A stretch of DNA of 52,958 bases, from the IMG/VR virus record IMGVR_UViG_3300041409_000458, one strand, 5' to 3'. The notes under the pieces were generated by a model. The model worked only from the letters and a program-made list of their open reading frames with translations. It ran no database searches and had not been told where the DNA came from. Positions 34,301 to 43,300 of this stretch are shown here, in pieces (the stretch's first letter is position 1; each line of letters opens with the position of its first letter). The translations under genes and the position numbers were made by a program. The stretch comes from a virus (Duplodnaviria; Heunggongvirae; Uroviricota; Caudoviricetes).

Positions 34301-37300
34301 GCAGATGAAAAAGAACTTGCCAATCTGGATAGAAAGATTGCTGCTCTTGAAGAAGAAGCTCAAGCTGGTGATTTTCAAGGTATTAGAAATGTGACAACTG
34401 AATTAAAGAAGGAAAAAGATTGGATTACCAATGAAATAGCTGACAAAAAATCTCTATTAGACAGATTAATTAAAATAATTAAGGAAGTTACAAACCTTGC
34501 TTATAAACAATTTGCTGATTTCAAGGGTAATTTCTTTGTTTCCAGAAAGAATTTCAATGAGCATTTAGAAAAAGGTAGCTTTGGAGCAGTAGAAGGATTC
34601 AGGGAAATAGCTGTTAAAGAGTCTGAAAAGAGAGCACTTGAAAAAGAACTTGAAGATTTACAAAAAATATTTAAGTATACAGAAGGTAAAATCACGTATT
34701 ATCAGGATATTATTAATGCAACTGAACAAGCTGTATTAAATGGTTTTGATGAACAGTTGAAATTCCTTACAAATAAGCCTCAGGTTATTCAGTCTTCAAC
34801 AGAAGAACAACAAACAACAGATTCTTTCATTCCAGAATTTGGAGCACCTCCAGTTAGTAACATGTCTACAAACGTAGCAGATGATTGGGATGGTCCTGAT
34901 TATTTACGTCCACTTGCCACTAAGTTCATTACTTCAACTTTCAGTGACAGAAGAGTTTATGATGCTGCAGGTACAATTATAGGTTCTGATTATGAAAGTC
35001 TTTCTCAGCCAGAGAAGGACCACTTTCATTTGATGGAATATCTGTCTTCCGGAAAGAACACAGCTGAAATCAACCAAAAGCTTGGAAGAGGAAAATTGAA
35101 AGTTCTTGCTGTAACAGAACACAACATAGATTCATTAGGTTTAAGGGACCTTTTATATACCAAAATTGAAAAGAATGACCAAGTCAAGTTTTGGGAAGAA
35201 ACAGACCCTGCTATCAAGCGTATTGATTTCCTACATGTTATACAAGATAAGGGTAAATTATACTTTGTTGATAAGGAATTAAACAAGCTTGGGGAAATCT
35301 CTGAAATAAAGGATGCAGATAAGCCAAAGATAGCTCGTTCAATATTACGCTCTAGCAGATTCTCCTCTAAAGAGGAATCACAGTATGATGAACAACAAGC
35401 CAACAATAAAACTTGGGAACAGGATAAAGCAAAGGCTCTGGAGTATGGTACAAATCAAAGAAAGAAGTTCATAGATAATTCTAAAAACTTTACTCTTGCA
35501 ACACCAACAGGTGTATTCTCATTTGATATCACAAGAGGTATTCCAGTAAGAACAGAATCTGTAACTGAAAATAAGGTTCATAACCCTGTAACGGATGTTC
35601 TATTATCAGAGGCACAAATTAATGCTCAGACTGTAGTTGTAACTACTACAGGTAAATATACCTTAAATGAGACTAATATAACACTACCAGTTGGTAGAGC
35701 TTATATTAAGACTGGTGGTCTATTTGAAAAGCTGCACTATGCTGATAATAACATACTTGATGAAAATACAGTTAACACTATATTAACAGTTTTTGATAAA
35801 TTATCTGCTATTTATGTTCAGAAGGTTGAGGAAGTTATGAAGAAGCAGCTAGGTGATAAGAAATTATCAGACCTTTCATATAGTGATAGAATGAAGGTTA
35901 TTCTTGCATTCAACAAGAGTACCAAAGGTTCTTTTAACAAGAGCTACATGAGATACCTTAACTCAGTTATCCACTTTGGTTTATTAAGTAAGAATGAAAA
36001 GGTACATCCAAACAAGATTTACCTGAAAGGTAGCTTTATACACTTTGGTGATACCAGAATTGATATCTCTACAGGAGGATTTTCTACTAATCCTGAGGCA
36101 AAACAATATTTATCCAAATTATATCACAATGTTCTGTATTATGCCAATGCTAAAAAAGCATCAGAGGAATATATAGAATATTATCTGGATAATGGAGAAC
36201 TAAAAGATAGGAAATGGAAGACATATAACCATTACCTGTTATCAAAGAACTTCCCGAATGGTTCTGTGCGTACATATATTCCAATTACAACTCAAATTCA
36301 TACTCCTGAGCAAGCAGCTCAAGAGGCAAATAATCCTCCGGGAACATATACGTCTCAGTCTATTATTCTTGGTGTCCCTTATGGTGAAACTATTAAGAAG
36401 AAGAATATCATTGAGCAGGAAGATGAACCTACTGAGCAAACTCTTAATGATAATGGTGAGTATGACTTTGGTGAATTAACAAGTGTTAGTGACTTGTTAT
36501 CTGGTAAGAAGCCAAAAGTTTCTACTCCTAAGCCAACCTCTGACCTTATGAGCAAGCTAAGGGAGAGAAGTGGAGTTAGTAAAGCTGCCGCTACGAAAGC
36601 TGCTGCAGAAGAGAAAGCATCTGGTAAAGTAACATCTCCTATGCTGAGAAAACTATTGGAAGCAAGAGAAAAGAAGGAGGCTGAGGAAAAAGCGGGTGAA
36701 ACAACTAACAGAACTGAACCTCTTGAGGATGAAGATTTAAAATGGAATGATGATACTTCTGCATTCCGTGTAGCAAAAGCAGGTTTCTTCAAAACTGAAG
36801 AGGACCTAGAGTCTGTCATTGCCTATGCTCAACGTGTACTACCTCAATTTCCTGTGGAAAGATTAAAGAAAATCATCCAGAAATCTGAAAATTTACAAGT
36901 TTGGGGTGAGTTTACTGGTCAAGCTATCAGACTTTGGGAGGGTGCTGAAGAAGGAACATTATATCATGAAATATTTGAGGGTGTTGTTAATAAAATACTA
37001 ACAGATTATGAATGGAACTCCATTGCTAAAGAATTCAAATCAAGAAAAGGAACCTTTACAGACAGAGAAACAGGGGAGACAGTTGCCTACTCAAAAGCTA
37101 CTCCACATCAAATTAAGGAAGAGATTGCTGAGGAATTTCGTACGTTCAAGATGACGGGTAAAGTCTTTGATGGACAAAAGAACACACGTACATTCTTCCA
37201 AGTTATTCTGGATTTCATTAAGAAATTCTTCGGTTTCCAGAATACAATCAAAGGTATATTTGATAGTATTGATGAAGGCAAGTTCATAAATCGTGGTGTT

Positions 37301-40300
37301 CGTGGAACTAATCGTTTTGATACAAATTACAGAACAAAGGAATATCCTATTCCATATAGAAAATATAATGAATTTTTACAAGGATTTACAGCTGTGATGT
37401 TCAGAGATATTTTTGAAACTACAGATTCTATAGTAAAACTTGATGAAGTTGGTGAAGTTGACTCTACTTTATACGATAGAATTCGTGATAAGATAGATGA
37501 TATGTATATTACTATGCTGGAAGAATTTGATGCAGGAGCATTCCCAACCAATACTCCAAATCAGGAATTGAATGAAATCAACAGGAAGAAAGAGAAAGCT
37601 CTGGAAGATATTGTAAATAACTGGGATAAAATTAAGAATAAGTGGGCTGATTTTGTACAAAACCACAAATTTGAATTACGTAAGTTCCGTATTAAATTTG
37701 ATGAAGAATATCAGTTAGCTTCTGATGATGAGAACATGTCAAACAGAAATGAGTATTCAGGTAACCCTTTTGAGGTATCAAATAAGAACTCTGCTTCATT
37801 ATCTGTGAGATTTATGATTGGTACACTCCTAAAAGCTGTTGTTAAGAAAGGAAGAGATGGTAAATTCACAACTGGATTAGATAGAATATTCCCTAATCTT
37901 GTATTGGATAACTCATCTTCACGTCTTCCACAGCTGGAAAATTATGATAGAATGATGTCTATGGTAGCAAGTGAGTTTGCTAATCTGAATGATATGACCC
38001 TAATTGAACAGAAGTTAAAACAACTTTCTGGAATATCACGTCTGGAGAACGCTTCAGCAGTAGATGAACAACAAGAGATTGCTCAGTCAATTACTTCTGA
38101 TGAAGCTGCTTTTACTATTCTATACACACGTCTATTCTCTCCAAACAGGGTAATCTCACAAGGGGCGATGTGGAATTTGCGTACGAAGTTCCTTTCCTAC
38201 ACTTCCAAGCAATTTCCTGTGCCTTACATCCTGATGATGAATGATAATAGTGGTGTTTCTCTCATACAGTCTACAAATAGAATTTCCAATGAGAAATTCT
38301 ATAAGAGATTACGTGCTGCCATGACCAAGAATGTAGGTATATTCTTTACAAAGAAAGTAGAGAAAGGAATAAAGACTTATGTTCCTAAGAAGCAAACAGT
38401 AGAACTAGGTGCCAATTTCTTCATTGCACCAGAGAAGACAAAAGAGAAAATATACTTTGGTCAGTTCCTTCAATTCCTTGGGTTATATAACCAGAAAGAT
38501 GGCAAGGGTGTTCTGACTCCACAATTTCTTATTGCTCTAAAGGAAAGTGATATAGACAAATATAGAGAGTTAGTAAGAGTTCTTCATAATATTGGTGGAA
38601 GACTACAAACTGTAGAAGCATTCGCTGGTACAATTACAGTTGCTAATCTGGACATATTCGGATACACAAATGAAATTTTAGCTATATTGGATGAAATTGC
38701 AGCTTCTCAGTCAGAGAAATTACTTACTCACTTAGATGGTAATAATAACGCTACACAGGACTATATTTCTCCTTCATTTACATCAAGAGTACTGGCAGAA
38801 ATGTCAAATGTCAACAATCTTGGTGAGCTCTTAGAGGCATTTCCTCACTTACATCAGCATGTTAGATTACAGGATGGTATTTACATCACTGACTCTATCA
38901 TGATAAATAAAATGTTCAATCCGGATGGTTCAAGAAAGAGCAAAATTCTATCTTCTCTAAGTTATATCGAAGGTATCAAATCTGCTGAGGAAGGTGGAAA
39001 AGAAACCTTTAAAAAGACAGCTCGGCTGGAATATCACCAGAGAATTGGTCTACAGTTCACATTAGGATTATCAGGTATGTATAATGCTCTTACAGCTGAC
39101 TCTGAAACTGAGTGGGCTTTTAATATGGGTGAATTTGTACCTTTTGAGAACTATATAGAAAGTAATGAACAAGGTAAGAATAACTTGGGTGAGGTAGTAA
39201 GTGATTTCTATATTCCAAAGCTTGAAGCTGAAATAAGATTGGCTCTGGAATTCAATAGTACTCATCAGCAGATGAATACTATACATCCGGAAACTGGCTA
39301 TAAGATTGGTAAATCCCTACGTTTCTTCAAAGATATTCTTCAGTACACGGATAAAGGACAGACCTCTAGAGAATTAGTGGATAAAATCCATGAAGATATT
39401 CAGAATGGTAAGCAACCTTCTGTAATCATTTCTGAAAACAGAACAGCAATAAGGAATGCAATAAAGAATTATATTCAGTTCAGTACACTGGATACTTTTA
39501 ACAATTTAATTGAAAACAGGGTAATTAACGAAACTGAAACAAGTGAAGGTGGTATCGTTTACTCTATTAATGATTTAACAACTATATTAGAAAAGAAATT
39601 TGGCAATTCTCATTCCCTTACAGGAATTAGGGATGTTGTTATGTATGCAGTTGTTAATACACAACTTGCTAATTTTGAGCAGTTTAAGTTAATATATGGT
39701 GACGTTGCTCAATATAAGGATTGGGAAAAGAGAGCAAAATCCCTATTTGGTCCTATTGAACAAGCCTATTATGACAGAACTGGAGAATTTAATACGTGGT
39801 TAAATGAAAATAAGAATAATGCAGAGTTCGAAGATGAAGTTGTCGCTATTCCTAATACGGATATATTCAGCACTAGCTTCAGAAATTCCATCACTGGTAG
39901 CACTATTGATGATATAATGACAGTAAATCCTGAGTTATTAAACACACTTCGGGAAATGGGTGCAAAATTTGATGCTTATGAAGATGTAAATGAAGCTGAT
40001 GGTCAGTCTATTTCCACTTTACAGGCATTCAGACAAGTAATGATTAAGGCTGGTTGGAGATGGACTCAAAAGTTTGAGGATTTTTTCCAATATGATACAG
40101 CGTTAGCAAGACAGGAATTAGCAGAGATTGGAGCATATACTTATTCCTCTGAAGAGCTGAGAGCTCTCGATGAAAAAATTGTAGATAAATATAAAGATAA
40201 CCCTCCAACTGAAGGACCTTCTCCTTTGAAAACTTTAATTCCTTCTGTTCGTCCAGATGGAACTCAGGATTTGATGAAGCACTCAGTATATCCTAATAGC

Positions 40301-43300
40301 TGGCAGATAGCCAGAGAACATCATGAGTTGAAAAGATTGTATGTGACAATGCTCAACGAACGTACCGATATCAGGAACTTTAAAAGTGCTCACAAGGTTG
40401 GTGCCGATTTAGATAATGAAGGAAGAGTTAGTTCTCATTATAAGAGAATCGGTAGCTCTGTGTCCCCTTTTGAACTAACTGATTTACAAACAGTTGGAAA
40501 TGTACAGTATGAACTGTCTTTCAGAACACTGGGTATTCAGGTTGAAACTCAAGGTGGAGGTAAAACACGTCTTGGTAGCCAGTTAACGAAAGATATCAAC
40601 TTAAATCTGATGCCAAATGGTGTTCCTTCAGATTTCAGAAAGGATAACAATTCCTTAACAGAAGAACAATTAATCAACTCTTGGTTAGCTTTACCTCAAG
40701 AGGATAAAAATAAGTCCAAGGATTACAAATTAGTTCAGAATACCATTAAAACTCTTGAGAATCTGAAAGATAAGAGTGTAATGGATACTTTTGATACAAT
40801 TGGTATTGGCTATACATATGAAAATGGTGAATTCAAGTACTCTTCCGTAGACTTAGTAAAGTTACAGCAGCATATTATGAATGAACTTACTCGTTTGGAT
40901 ATTGATGATAATATCATTGATGGACTGGAGTTAAATGAAGACCTTGATGCGTTCCTTCATCCTTCTGAATCACTTCCTTCTTACAATGTTGTATCAAATG
41001 TAATTTGGGCTTTGGCAGATAAATCTATTTCTGCTCTAAAGGTGAATGGTGTACCTTATATTCAGGTATCTTCTGCCTTCTTTAATGACTCCCAGAGAGG
41101 AGCTGCATACAGAGATGGTGACAGATGGATAAGAGTTGATAATCAGGAAGATTTCAATCGTCTGCAAGCAGAGGGTAAGAAATTGGTACTAACTGCATCT
41201 GACCTAGAATTCTACACCCTTGAAAAAGATGGTAAAGAAATTCAAGGTATGGAAATAAAGCTTCCTCACATATATAGAAAAAAAGTAAATGACAAAAGAA
41301 GAGTATTAGGTTTACCTATTGTTTCAGATGAGAAATTAATGGAGTGGTTAAACCAGCCCGAAAATTCTAAATTATTACAGGGTATTGGTTTTCGTATTCC
41401 AACTCAGGCTTCATCCTCAATTGAATTCTTTACAATCAAAGGGTTCTTACCAGAATCTTTTGGTAAGGCTGTGGTTGTACCTTCTGACATTACTGCAAAG
41501 GCTGGTTCTGACTTTGACGTGGATAAGTTACAGACTTATTTAAACAACTGGAAGTTGAACAGTGAAGGTATGCCTGTATTTGAACAGTTGGATGCTTCAG
41601 AAGATACTTCTGACAGATTTATCACATATGTAAATCAGCACGTAGAAAGGAATGATAGAGATATCTTCAAAGCTATGAGAGAGAGCAAGGAATTCATTGA
41701 AAAGAAGGGAAGAATTGATGATGTATATTCCAAGATTGCTGATGAATCTGAAGACATTGATGAGGCTAAGAAAGAGGTAAAAGATGAATATACTGCTGGA
41801 TATTACATATTCAAGGAATTACCGTTATCTATCAAACAACAATATTGGGAAAAAGAAGACGAGCTTACAAATGAAAACTTTGTAACTAAACTTGCAAGTT
41901 ATTATAACTACACTACTGAATTCATCAAAACATTTGAAGAAAACAAAGCTGTTACATTAAATGTTGAAAGAATAGACAAAAAGACAAAGAAAAAATATAT
42001 TGAGCAGGAAGTGGTAACAGCTGAGGAAGTAGTACCAAGATTTAACCAGATGTTGGATAATTACAGAAGTGTGATTAAGCTTATTAAATTAAAAGATGAA
42101 GCTTTTGAAAAACTAACCGCAGCTATAGCAAGAGCTAGAAGTGTGAAAAATATGGAAAATAGAGCTTTCCAGCTTGAAATGTCAAATGTTATTGCTGAAG
42201 GACTAAGCCTTTTAAATCACGAGGGTTTCTCTAAACTACCTGTTCATCTACAGAACTCTAGAGGTGCTGTAGAAAATGAGTACTTTGATAGTATCAGACA
42301 AATCTTAAAGCAATCAGAGCGTTTCCTACAGTTACTATCTCCAAATGATATGAGTAATATCAAGGAGAATAGAGATACTGTACAAACAGCTATGGACCCT
42401 GAGTACAAATCTGATGAAAAGAAAGAGTTGAAATACTCTAACTTCTTGGATATTAACTACTTATCTGATAAGAGACACTCATTCATTAGAGGTAAGTATG
42501 ACATTGCCATCTTTGCTGTCAGTATGACGAACTATGCTAACTCTCAGATTACTGGTTTAGGTATTACTCAAGGTCAGGTTCGTCCTGAGGATGAAGCAAT
42601 TATGCAGGCTGTTGGATATGATATTTCTTTACCTTTTGAAGAGGCTCCTCTGTTGAATATCAATGGATGGGATTTCATCCCTTTGGGTTATGAAAAATCA
42701 GCAGATGGAAGATATATCATGGATAAAATTTCTGGATATATTAACGGTGCTGTGGACGTTGCTAAAGACCCTGTAATTATTGAAATGGGTATGCACTCCG
42801 ATATGGCAAATGTTTACATGCTTCTCGAAAGAGCTGGAATCAAAGGTAAGAATATAGCCTTGTTCCTAATGCAGCCATCAATTAGAGATTATCTGAGAGA
42901 AAATATATATAGGAAAAATCCTGAATTTGGTTACTCTAAATTCCTGTGGAAGAAAGAAATCAATGAATATATACTTGGTAAATATAGCACAGGTCCAGAT
43001 ATGAAATATGAAAAAGTAGAATTCACTGAGAATGTATTAGCAGATATGGTAAGAAAAGGTGAAAAGATTAAGAGAGAACAGAAGGAATCTGATACAAGAG
43101 CCAGAAATGGTAAACCAAGAACAAAAGTTTCTGAATGGACAGATAGTGAAAAGAAATTACAATGGTTAGCTTTTGTTAACTTCCTTAAAATGGAAGCCAT
43201 GGCTAATAATCTGAATGATGTTCGTACTTCAAGTAATCACGACACTTCTGGTATTCGTTCTTCTCACTCGCTAACAAGAAAGGATTTAATCAGAAACAGA

